A stretch of DNA of 64,000 bases from a virus: positions 1-64,000 of IMG/VR virus record IMGVR_UViG_3300042337_000070. The stretch is one strand, 5' to 3'. The translations under genes and the position numbers were made by a program. A model generated the notes under the pieces. That model did no database searches. It had not been told where the DNA came from and saw only the letters and a list, made by a program, of their open reading frames with translations. Shown one piece after another: positions 8,368 through 15,120 of this stretch (position 1 is the first letter of the stretch; every line of letters begins with the position of its first letter).

Positions 8368-8368
8368 A

Positions 8369-8449
8369 TGGACTCCACGACAGGATTCGAACCTGCATTT
8401 GCATCCAGTTACCTTACTCTTGATTCGTATTCAAGGTGGATACGTGGAG
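8369..8449 (-). tRNA. Atypical D-armless tRNA-like gene, anticodon ACG (Arg?)
   Basis: Perfect acceptor CTCCACG/CGTGGAG, T-arm GGTTCGAATCC, CTTGA-ATACGAA-TCAAG arm, no D-arm. Confidence 0.6.
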
Positions 8450-8452
8450 ATA

Positions 8453-8529
8453 TGGTACCCTCGGTCGGATTCGAACCGACAACAGCACGGGTTTGAGCCG
8501 ATTGCCTCTTCCAATTGGGCTACGAGGGC
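8453..8529 (-). tRNA. tRNA-Leu(CAA), short variable arm
   Basis: CT-CAA-AC loop; weak anticodon stem; CCA. Confidence 0.75.
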
Positions 8530-8692
8530 ATTTTCTCTTTTACAACAATCAACATGCGTTCACAGATCAAACTCTCGTATATGTAAACGCCAGGATCAAG
8601 ATTGATCCAGTTGTCTCTCGGTTTCACGGGCATATCGCAGTATATCGATACAGTCTTATCTTTTCCTACAATACCCGCTCTCAATCTAAACA

Positions 8693-8768
8693 TGGTGCGT
8701 CCCCTAAGAATCAAACTCAGTCCTATTGTGCTTCAAACAATCGTGCAGATCACTTACACCAGAGACGC
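8693..8768 (-). tRNA. tRNA-Phe(GAA)
   Basis: ATTGT-TTGAAGC-ACAAT; CCA. Confidence 0.85.
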
Positions 8769-8772
8769 ATAT

Positions 8773-8847
8773 TGGTCACCCATAGGGGTTTCGATCCCCT
8801 TTCTCTTGCTTGAAAGGCAAGCGTCCTAGCCACTAGACGAATGGGCG
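8773..8847 (-). tRNA. tRNA-Glu(TTC)
   Basis: CTTGC-CTTTCAA-GCAAG; CCA. Confidence 0.9.
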
Positions 8848-8851
8848 TTAT

Positions 8852-8928
8852 TGGTAGACTGTCTCGGATTCGAACCGAGGACCCATCGCTTAAGAGGCGA
8901 TTGCTCTAACCAACTGAGCTAACAGTCC
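8852..8928 (-). tRNA. tRNA-Lys(CTT)
   Basis: ATCGC-CTCTTAA-GCGAT; canonical. Confidence 0.95.
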
Positions 8929-8933
8929 ATAAA

Positions 8934-9009
8934 TGGTGGAGGATACCGGGATCGAACCGATGACCTTCTGAATGCAAATCAGACGCTCTCCCAACTGAGC
9001 TAATCCCCC
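8934..9009 (-). tRNA. tRNA-Ala(TGC)
   Basis: Canonical, G3:U70. Confidence 0.95.
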
Positions 9010-9017
9010 CTTCATGC

Positions 9018-9080
9018 GACGGCCAGAAAGATCATATCTCCCTCTGATTACTCAGCCCGGTAATATCGGTGCTGACCGTC
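9018..9080 (-). ncRNA. Putative small four-way-junction RNA
   Basis: 9-bp closing stem GACGGTCAG/CTGGCCGTC enclosing three short hairpins including CTGA-GTAA-TCAG. Confidence 0.4.
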
Positions 9081-9083
9081 TAA

Positions 9084-9158
9084 TGGCGCATCGTAGGGGT
9101 ATCGATCCCCTCTATTCCGTTCGACAGACGGATGTCCACACCTGCTGACTCACGATGC
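9084..9158 (-). tRNA. tRNA-Asp(GTC)
   Basis: TCCGT-CTGTCGA-ACGGA; CCA. Confidence 0.9.
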
Positions 9159-9165
9159 ATAAAAC

Positions 9166-9242
9166 TGGTGCCCCTCCTCCGATTCGAACGGAGAACCTTC
9201 TGATTCTAAGTCAGACACCTCTACCAGTTGGGCTAGAGGGGC
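9166..9242 (-). tRNA. tRNA-Leu(TAG), short variable arm
   Basis: TCTGA-CTTAGAA-TCAGA; CCA. Confidence 0.9.
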
Positions 9243-9246
9243 AAAC

Positions 9247-9321
9247 TGGTGCGTCCTGATGGAATCGAACCACCGACACTCGGTATGTAACACCGATGTT
9301 CTACCTCTGAACTAAGGACGC
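9247..9321 (-). tRNA. tRNA-Val(TAC)
   Basis: TCGGT-GTTACAT-ACCGA; CCA. Confidence 0.9.
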
Positions 9322-9333
9322 ATAAACTCTAAT

Positions 9334-9469
9334 GATACAGTAGCCCCACCCCAGGTGAACCATGTCGCTCTGTATCTGAATGATTACTCTCGTTTCGTCA
9401 TTCCCCGATGTTCGTTGGGCTCTGTCTTGCCCCAACATCTGTTGTGCTCCTAGTGACAGTTCACACAAC
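9334..9469 (-). ncRNA. Putative four-hairpin structured RNA
   Basis: Adjacent stems GTTGTG/CACAAC, GATGTT/AACATC, GAATGA/TCATTC, GATACAG/CTGTATC. Confidence 0.5.
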
Positions 9470-9475
9470 CGGCTC

Positions 9476-9559
9476 TGGCGGAGGATGAAGGAATCGAACC
9501 ATCAACCTTTCGGTGGCGCAGTTTTCAAGACTGTGTGTCCTCCATGGACGCCATCCTCC
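9476..9559 (-). tRNA. tRNA-Ser(TGA)
   Basis: CT-TGA-AA loop, variable arm, GCCA. Confidence 0.9.
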
Positions 9560-9564
9560 AATTC

Positions 9565-9654
9565 TGGCGGAGAGTATAGGATTCGAACCTATGGAAGCAT
9601 TTCTGCCTCAATCATTTAGCAAACGACCGCTTTCGACCGCTCAGCCAACTCTCC
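9565..9654 (-). tRNA. tRNA-Ser(GCT)
   Basis: TT-GCT-AA loop, long variable arm, GCCA. Confidence 0.95.
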
Positions 9655-9662
9655 GTATATTC

Positions 9663-9806
9663 TTACATTCCAAACTGACGCTTGACACAAATGACAGCGG
9701 CATCAAACGCCTTGCCGATATCTTCATCATCTTCCATTGTGAGATTTAGAATCTCTCGCATTTCTGCGATGGCAGCGTTTCGTGTTTCCTCAGTAATCTG
9801 AAACAT
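9663..9806 (-). CDS. Small hypothetical protein (47 aa, MFQITEETRNAAIAEM...)
   Basis: GAGGAG RBS; below ORF-track length cutoff. Confidence 0.6.
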   Translation of the reverse strand: MFQITEETRNAAIAEMREILNLTMEDDEDIGKAFDAAVICVKRQFGM

Positions 9807-9829
9807 ATTCACTCTCCTCACGATAAAAA

Positions 9830-9907
9830 TGGTCGGGGTAGCAGGATTCGAACCTGCGACCTACTGACTCCAAATCAGCCACGCTAACCAGACTGCGCTA
9901 CACCCCG
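9830..9907 (-). tRNA. tRNA-Pro(TGG)
   Basis: Canonical CGGGGTG acceptor, TT-TGG-AG loop. Confidence 0.95.
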
Positions 9908-9923
9908 TTATTTCAGTTTCAAC

Positions 9924-9952
9924 ATAATATCAAATCTTACTAGGACTGTCAA
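9924..9952 (-). promoter_or_regulatory. Sigma70 promoter for downstream tRNA block
   Basis: TTGACA-N17-TATTAT. Confidence 0.75.
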
Positions 9953-9974
9953 GCACTTTTTGCATTCCCGAAAC

Positions 9975-10052
9975 TGGCATGGGAGGTAGGATTCGAACCC
10001 ACGATCACGGTTTTGGAGACCGATGCTTTAGACCAGACTAAGCTACACCCAT
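9975..10052 (-). tRNA. tRNA-Trp(CCA)
   Basis: CT-CCA-AA loop; GCCA end. Confidence 0.9.
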
Positions 10053-10057
10053 AAAAC

Positions 10058-10132
10058 TGGAAGCAGGTGTGGGAACTGCCCCCACTTCTATCGGCGTATG
10101 AAACCGATGAGATTCTAAACCTCCCACCTGCA
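10058..10132 (-). tRNA. tRNA-Met(CAT), initiator-like and divergent
   Basis: TT-CAT-AC loop; 1:72 mismatch (T:T); aberrant T-loop GGCAGTT. Confidence 0.7.
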
Positions 10133-10139
10133 ATAACTC

Positions 10140-10214
10140 TGGTGCTGATAGTTGGAAACGAACCAACCTTAGAGGCCTTATGAGAGCCTTTCGACACCTT
10201 GCCGACCTACCAGC
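10140..10214 (-). tRNA. tRNA-Met or Ile2 (CAT)
   Basis: AGGCT-CTCATAA-GGCCT; ACCA. Confidence 0.85.
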
Positions 10215-10219
10215 GAAAA

Positions 10220-10389
10220 TTTGTTACTTCGTCAACGGACTATCACGACCGTTAGAGTTGGGCAGTTCCCTTCTACCACTTTACGCCCTAAACGTCACGC
10301 CCAGGAATCGAACCCGGTCAGGAACTGTTACACTCGTATCGCTTTCTACGTTTCGAACCGTTTGGACAGTCCGTTGACGAAGTAACAAA
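10220..10389 (-). ncRNA. Y-RNA (YrlA)-like RNA with permuted tRNA domain
   Basis: Perfect 22-bp terminal inverted repeat; inner CAGTTCC/GGAACTG stem enclosing a T-arm (CCGGG-TTCGATT-CCTGG), a closed stem, then a D-loop-like AGTGGTAGA. Confidence 0.55.
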
Positions 10390-10390
10390 C

Positions 10391-10550
10391 GGGAGTTACT
10401 ACCATCTCCCAAGCCCCTATTTCGTTGAGGCAGGTTACCTGGATAAGACGATGTGCTAAGACGAACATTTAGGTTGTCGCCACCTATATCCATACAGTAT
10501 AGCACACACATACTATATGGCAGACCAAGAGTATCCATCTCTCTTAGTCG
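10391..10550 (-). ncRNA. Putative multi-hairpin structured RNA
   Basis: Five or more consecutive hairpins (GACTAAGAG/CTCTTGGTC, 12-bp CCATATAGTATG/TATACTGTATGG, TAGGT/ACCTA, GCCTC/GGGGC, GGGAG/CTCCC). Confidence 0.5.
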
Positions 10551-10555
10551 TGTCT

Positions 10556-10630
10556 TGGAGCGGGCGATCGGGATCGAACCGACGACCAACAGTTTGGAAG
10601 ACTGTGACTCTACCACTGAGTTACACCCGC
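10556..10630 (-). tRNA. tRNA-Gly(TCC)
   Basis: Canonical, TCCA end. Confidence 0.95.
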
Positions 10631-10638
10631 ATTATATA

Positions 10639-10714
10639 TGGTGCCGGTAGCAGGAGTCGAACCCACGACCTGATGATTACGAATCAACTGCTCTACCAAC
10701 TGAGCTATACCGGC
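10639..10714 (-). tRNA. tRNA-Thr(CGT)
   Basis: TT-CGT-AA loop; canonical. Confidence 0.95.
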
Positions 10715-10718
10715 GTAT

Positions 10719-10794
10719 TGGAGGATCCAGTCGGCCACGATCCGACAACCTTGGGATTAAAAGTCCCTTGCTCTGCCAATTGAGCTATGGATCC
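10719..10794 (-). tRNA. tRNA-Lys(TTT)
   Basis: CT-TTT-AA loop; T-loop ATCGTGG. Confidence 0.9.
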
Positions 10795-10798
10795 ATAT

Positions 10799-10876
10799 TG
10801 GCTCCCAGTGCTGGATTCGAACCAACCTTCATACTCGTTAACAGCGAGTCGCCCTCACCTAGATGGCTCACTGGGA
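10799..10876 (-). tRNA. tRNA-Asn(GTT)
   Basis: ACTCG-CTGTTAA-CGAGT; GCCA. Confidence 0.9.
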
Positions 10877-10884
10877 ATAAACTT

Positions 10885-10962
10885 TGGAGTTGCTGATGGG
10901 ACTCGAACCCACATTCAAAGGTTTTGCAGACCTTGTCGTATCCAATTCCGACACACAGCAAC
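10885..10962 (-). tRNA. tRNA-Cys(GCA)
   Basis: AAGGT-CTGCAAA-ACCTT; U73. Confidence 0.9.
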
Positions 10963-10969
10963 AGTTATC

Positions 10970-11173
10970 TTATGCTATCTTATACTCCTTATAACGTCTC
11001 TGCAACATTACTGATGCCTTGCCGTTATACTTCTGTTCCTTGAACGACTCATACTTGTCCCAAGCAGGACTAAAGGTGTTGAAAGTTCCCTTATACAGGA
11101 CCTTGTTGCCCTGAGACAACTCAACTACCCAGTATGATTCTCTCTTTACCATTTCTTCCTTCATTGCTCGCAC
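10970..11173 (-). CDS. Hypothetical protein
   Basis: 67-aa ORF downstream of a promoter. Confidence 0.55.
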   Translation of the reverse strand: MRAMKEEMVKRESYWVVELSQGNKVLYKGTFNTFSPAWDKYESFKEQKYNGKASVMLQRRYKEYKIA

Positions 11174-11194
11174 TCTCCGAAGTTGATGTTGAGT

Positions 11195-11223
11195 ATTATA
11201 TAGTTCACAGAAACGAAAGTCAA
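11195..11223 (-). promoter_or_regulatory. Sigma70 promoter
   Basis: TTGACT-N17-TATAAT. Confidence 0.8.
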
Positions 11224-11254
11224 GCAGTTTTTTTACATTTTTTCAACTTTTTTT

Positions 11255-11346
11255 TGGTAGGGATGCTCGGAATCGAACCGAGTCGAGAACGGTAATCTGC
11301 CGCTAGAAGGTTTATAAGACCTCCCTGTGTACCAACACCCACCCCT
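11255..11346 (-). tRNA. Atypical tRNA with anticodon TAT (Ile?) and long variable arm
   Basis: AGGGGTG/CATCCCT-ACCA; GAGGT-CTTATAA-ACCTT; about 24-nt variable region; short D-arm. Confidence 0.75.
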
Positions 11347-11351
11347 GTAAC

Positions 11352-11428
<77 letters not shown>

Positions 11429-11446
11429 AAATCTCATCATGCATAC

Positions 11447-11475
11447 ATTATACGATGTGTATATCGGAATGTCAA
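11447..11475 (-). promoter_or_regulatory. Consensus sigma70 promoter heading the tRNA cluster
   Basis: TTGACA-N17-TATAAT. Confidence 0.9.
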
Positions 11476-11502
11476 GGACTTTTTTCATCTATTCCGGACT
11501 AA

Positions 11503-11739
11503 CTATTCCACAAACTCTGCGGCGAACGCTTCATTGATATCATAGGAATATGTCTTTTTCAAGACAAAGGATGGAGTAAATCCAGCAAATCCACCACCTC
11601 TTTCTAGGAATGTAGCAAACTCTGCCGCATCTTCCTCAAACCAAAACTCTCCTACAACTTGGTCTGTTGTTTTCTCATCAACAAGCCACTTTACATCTTC
11701 GTTTTCATCAAACTCTGGATAATATGTATATAGCTTCAT
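11503..11739 (-). CDS. Hypothetical phage protein
   Basis: 78 aa, GGGFAGFTPSF motif; TAG stop. Confidence 0.7.
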   Translation of the reverse strand: MKLYTYYPEFDENEDVKWLVDEKTTDQVVGEFWFEEDAAEFATFLERGGGFAGFTPSFVLKKTYSYDINEAFAAEFVE

Positions 11740-12122
11740 TTTGTGACTACCTTTATTGATCCTAGAAAAACATGTTCATCAAGTCTAGCGTCATAGAAGT
11801 TATCATATTTTATATAATTTCCCTTTTCGATCTCATACATTATCTTACTATTGATCGTTTGTCTTGTCAGACGTTCATAATCTTGTCGAACTTTATAGTC
11901 AACCACGCCTATCTGATACAACCTCGAAGAACCAATGGTCTCCCTACATGTTAGTAATGTAGTGTTTGGAAGTGTGAACACAGGAGTTTCTTTCGACATA
12001 ACGAGAGGACGATACTTCTTTAGAGCCTTTTCGCATAGATCAAGGATCTCCTCTTTGTTATTACACTTATTGACTAATGATTTAAATCTTAGTTTTGAAA
12101 TATGATCTTCTGAAATACTCAT
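11736..12122 (-). CDS. Hypothetical protein
   Basis: ATGA-coupled to neighbours. Confidence 0.65.
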   Translation of the reverse strand: MSISEDHISKLRFKSLVNKCNNKEEILDLCEKALKKYRPLVMSKETPVFTLPNTTLLTCRETIGSSRLYQIGVVDYKVRQDYERLTRQTINSKIMYEIEKGNYIKYDNFYDARLDEHVFLGSIKVVTK

Positions 12123-13510
12123 ACCTTCAATCCTTTGAACTTGTTTCCGTTACCAGTGTTATTCCCAAACTTAGGTTTTGGTAATACTACCTCTTCCTCT
12201 TGTCCTGTATCTGATAAATCTTGTGCCGATGTTTCAACATCATACAGCGTCATCTTAGACTTGTCAACCCCAATAACGAAACGTTTCATATTATCTAGGT
12301 TATCATAACGGTTTTTTAATTGCTTCACCATAATCTGATTGAGCGCCTTCATCTGTTCGGAAGCCACAAGCACCCATTGAAGATCGAGCGTTGCGGGTAG
12401 ACCGAACGATTCAGCGGTATCAGTCATGTCGGGATCGGAACTGTTATATCCAGCACGATTCAACTGAGTTGCAGACCAGATAGGTAGTGCGGATTGTTGC
12501 GCCAAACCACGAACCTCTTCGGCGATCGACTTAACGTAAGTGTATGTATCTTGTGCGCCAGATGCACGAATACGAGACGATGCCATCAGATTGAGATAGT
12601 CAATCATAATCACATCAGGGACAAAGTTCTTTTTAAGTCTCAACTCGTTCAACAGCGCCTTGATATGCACAACCGTTGCAGAGGTCGCAGGAAACTCTTT
12701 GATGATGAGTTTGCCCTGTGTCTTCTGCTTCAATCTCTCAACCTTCTTATCATACATGTCTTTCGACAAAACGAGAAGGACGTCAATGGCAATGTTGAGT
12801 GTGTTTGCCTCGATACGCTTTGCAATCTCTTCCTCTGCCATTTCAAGAGTGATATACAAAACACTCTTACCCATCACCAGATACCCGGCTGATAGGTGAC
12901 AAAGAAACAACGTTTTACCAGTATGAACACCACCCATGATAAGGTTGAGTGTTTTCTTGGACACACCATTCTTGGTTGCCTTGTTAAACACATCAATGTC
13001 AAACGGCATCTTTTCAACATGCCGATGATAATACTCAAAGCGTTCGTTTGTCTGTTCTAGAAAGTCATGGCCAACGTTAGGATCAAACGTGATAGCAAGA
13101 GCATCGGACAACAGTTCTGGAATAGCGCCTTTGTCATGCTTGCCCTTGCCATTCATAATCTCCAGTGCTTCTGTCATTGCATTGAAGATAGCACGTTCCT
13201 GACAGAACTTCTCGGTTGACTCTACAAGCCAATCGATGTTTGTCTGGTTCGTATCCTTTTCGATTTCACCGATAGTTTTAATAACACTCTTGATAGTATC
13301 GTCGGTGGACCCTTTTAAGGAGTCCACCTCGATCATCAAAGCATCATATGTTGGTTGAGTATTATATTTGAGAACAAAACCAGCAATCTCTTTAAATAGA
13401 ATCCTATCCTCTGAATTAGAAAAATACTCAGGTTTCAGAAACGGAAGGACTTTCTGTGTGTAGTCCTCCCTCTGAATCAGATTCTTCAAGATTGTTGTTT
13501 CGAGTCTCAT
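12119..13510 (-). CDS. 41: T4 gp41-like replicative DNA helicase
   Basis: Walker A GGVHTGKT, YITLEMAEE, IDYLNL, SATQLNR, ESFGLPAT, KQLKNRY. Confidence 0.95.
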   Translation of the reverse strand: MRLETTILKNLIQREDYTQKVLPFLKPEYFSNSEDRILFKEIAGFVLKYNTQPTYDALMIEVDSLKGSTDDTIKSVIKTIGEIEKDTNQTNIDWLVESTEKFCQERAIFNAMTEALEIMNGKGKHDKGAIPELLSDALAITFDPNVGHDFLEQTNERFEYYHRHVEKMPFDIDVFNKATKNGVSKKTLNLIMGGVHTGKTLFLCHLSAGYLVMGKSVLYITLEMAEEEIAKRIEANTLNIAIDVLLVLSKDMYDKKVERLKQKTQGKLIIKEFPATSATVVHIKALLNELRLKKNFVPDVIMIDYLNLMASSRIRASGAQDTYTYVKSIAEEVRGLAQQSALPIWSATQLNRAGYNSSDPDMTDTAESFGLPATLDLQWVLVASEQMKALNQIMVKQLKNRYDNLDNMKRFVIGVDKSKMTLYDVETSAQDLSDTGQEEEVVLPKPKFGNNTGNGNKFKGLKV

Positions 13511-13802
13511 TCGCTTCTACGTCTCCCAAATCAAGCAGCAAGGAATTTAAAATCAGTCCAAGAATGTCATTGAACTTTTGGTTCTTCCTTAGTGTGACCA
13601 TCGATAGGTCATTCGTCTTTACAATTTCGTAATCATACTGAAGGCGAGGTATGTCATCCTCTCCTAACTTGAAACGAACAGTAGTATAACGATACACTAC
13701 TCCAGCGTATGGGTCAAGTAGTAATTCGATAGGACACGTCGATCCATCTTCCTTATCGTTGAAAAGATCGTCTCGGAAGTTATAATCAATCCCCACTTGC
13801 AT
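13428..13802 (-). CDS. Probable gp40-like head vertex assembly chaperone
   Basis: Synteny between uvsX and 41; GVVYRYTTV...LQYDYEI pattern. Confidence 0.55.
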   Translation of the reverse strand: MQVGIDYNFRDDLFNDKEDGSTCPIELLLDPYAGVVYRYTTVRFKLGEDDIPRLQYDYEIVKTNDLSMVTLRKNQKFNDILGLILNSLLLDLGDVEANETRNNNLEESDSEGGLHTESPSVSET

Positions 13803-14850
13803 CTTCTATCTCCTCTGTCACTTCCTCATTATACTTACCATATAGAAAGTCTGCTTGACAACCCTCATTTATAGCATCAAGAATTTCTTTTGTAAAGAAC
13901 TTTTCTGGGTCTTTCTTGATTTGACTTTCAAATGCCTTAGAACCATCAGGAAACTCATAGCGAGTGGAAACCTTCTTGACGATTCCATACTTCTCAGCTA
14001 GTTCAAGCAATCCATAATATCTATCCAAACCATGCTGGTAGTTGAGCCAGGTTTCTACCTTACGATCCTCAACCGTCATACGAGACTTCTTGGTGTGTGC
14101 TGTAATGACAGCGCCAGTGCGGCCATCAGCATCGTCAAGTGCCTTATCTTTCTTCTTTGATAGGAAGATGATGGTAGAAGCAGCATACTCTAGTCCAGAG
14201 CCACCGCCCATCTTCTTCATAGGAACATATGAACCGACAACATCATACACATGATTTGTAACGATAAGTGGAACTTGTGCTTTACCTAACTTCAATGTTA
14301 GAACACGAAACGCACCACGAACCAACTGGGCACGGGTCATATCTCTTGTGTCCTTACCATCAGCAATGTCCTGCATTTCCTTCTCGGTCGACAAGTTACC
14401 GAGAGAGTCGAGAACAAACATCATCGGAGGCTTGTCTTTTCCTTCAATATACTTATCGAGAATCTTGACTGCCTGTGTTCTAAACTGCTGCACTGTAGCA
14501 ACAGGAACAATGGCAACTCTCTTAGAATCGATACCACGATCAGTAATGAATTGTTTAGAAATAGCAGACTCAGATTCGAAGTAGAAGACAAACCCATCTG
14601 TGTTATCTTCTAGAAACTGCTTCACAACATTTAGAGCATAGAATGTCTTACCAACAGAAGGCTCGCCAGCAAATGCTGTAACCTTGTTCTGTGGTAGACC
14701 TCCATAGATTGAGCCTGAAAGTAGTGCATTCATAGCATACGAACCTGTGCCAATGAAACCTGACACATCGCCTGCCGCCACACCGTCGTCAACAACGGAT
14801 GCGTATTCGTTATCTGTCTCCGCAAGGAGTTGATTGAAAATATTAGACAT
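13786..14850 (-). CDS. uvsX: UvsX RecA-like recombinase
   Basis: GEPSVGKT, LDSLGNL, DMTRAQ, MGGGSG. Confidence 0.95.
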   Translation of the reverse strand: MSNIFNQLLAETDNEYASVVDDGVAAGDVSGFIGTGSYAMNALLSGSIYGGLPQNKVTAFAGEPSVGKTFYALNVVKQFLEDNTDGFVFYFESESAISKQFITDRGIDSKRVAIVPVATVQQFRTQAVKILDKYIEGKDKPPMMFVLDSLGNLSTEKEMQDIADGKDTRDMTRAQLVRGAFRVLTLKLGKAQVPLIVTNHVYDVVGSYVPMKKMGGGSGLEYAASTIIFLSKKKDKALDDADGRTGAVITAHTKKSRMTVEDRKVETWLNYQHGLDRYYGLLELAEKYGIVKKVSTRYEFPDGSKAFESQIKKDPEKFFTKEILDAINEGCQADFLYGKYNEEVTEEIEDASGD

Positions 14851-14934
14851 AAGGATCTCCTTATTATGGTGAGTGGAGGAATCTCCCTCCTATTAGTATA
14901 TAGTATCGTTTAGATGAAAATGATTATAGATCAC

Positions 14935-15120
14935 TCATGCTACTTCCTTGAAATGCTTCTGCAACTCAGGTGATAGTTTCTTTAGTAGATCACCAGGGAT
15001 GCCAACCCGAACGATCTTTGCCAGTTCAATAACATTGTTACTATCAATAGTCATATCAGGATCAAACTCATACAGTCGTGCTGGCGAGTGCTTAAGTGAT
15101 TCGTCTTTTTTCTTACTCAT
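14935..15120 (-). CDS. Small hypothetical protein
   Basis: MSKKKDESLKHSPARLYEF..., ATGA-coupled to gp43 stop. Confidence 0.55.
   Translation of the reverse strand: MSKKKDESLKHSPARLYEFDPDMTIDSNNVIELAKIVRVGIPGDLLKKLSPELQKHFKEVA

Noticed and set aside
10220-10389. MITE or insertion sequence with terminal inverted repeats
   Set aside because: Single copy, no transposase, and the interior has tRNA-like arms
8089-11014. Many short ORFs on both strands across the tRNA cluster
   Set aside because: They overlap tRNA or ncRNA genes and lack RBS or protein motifs
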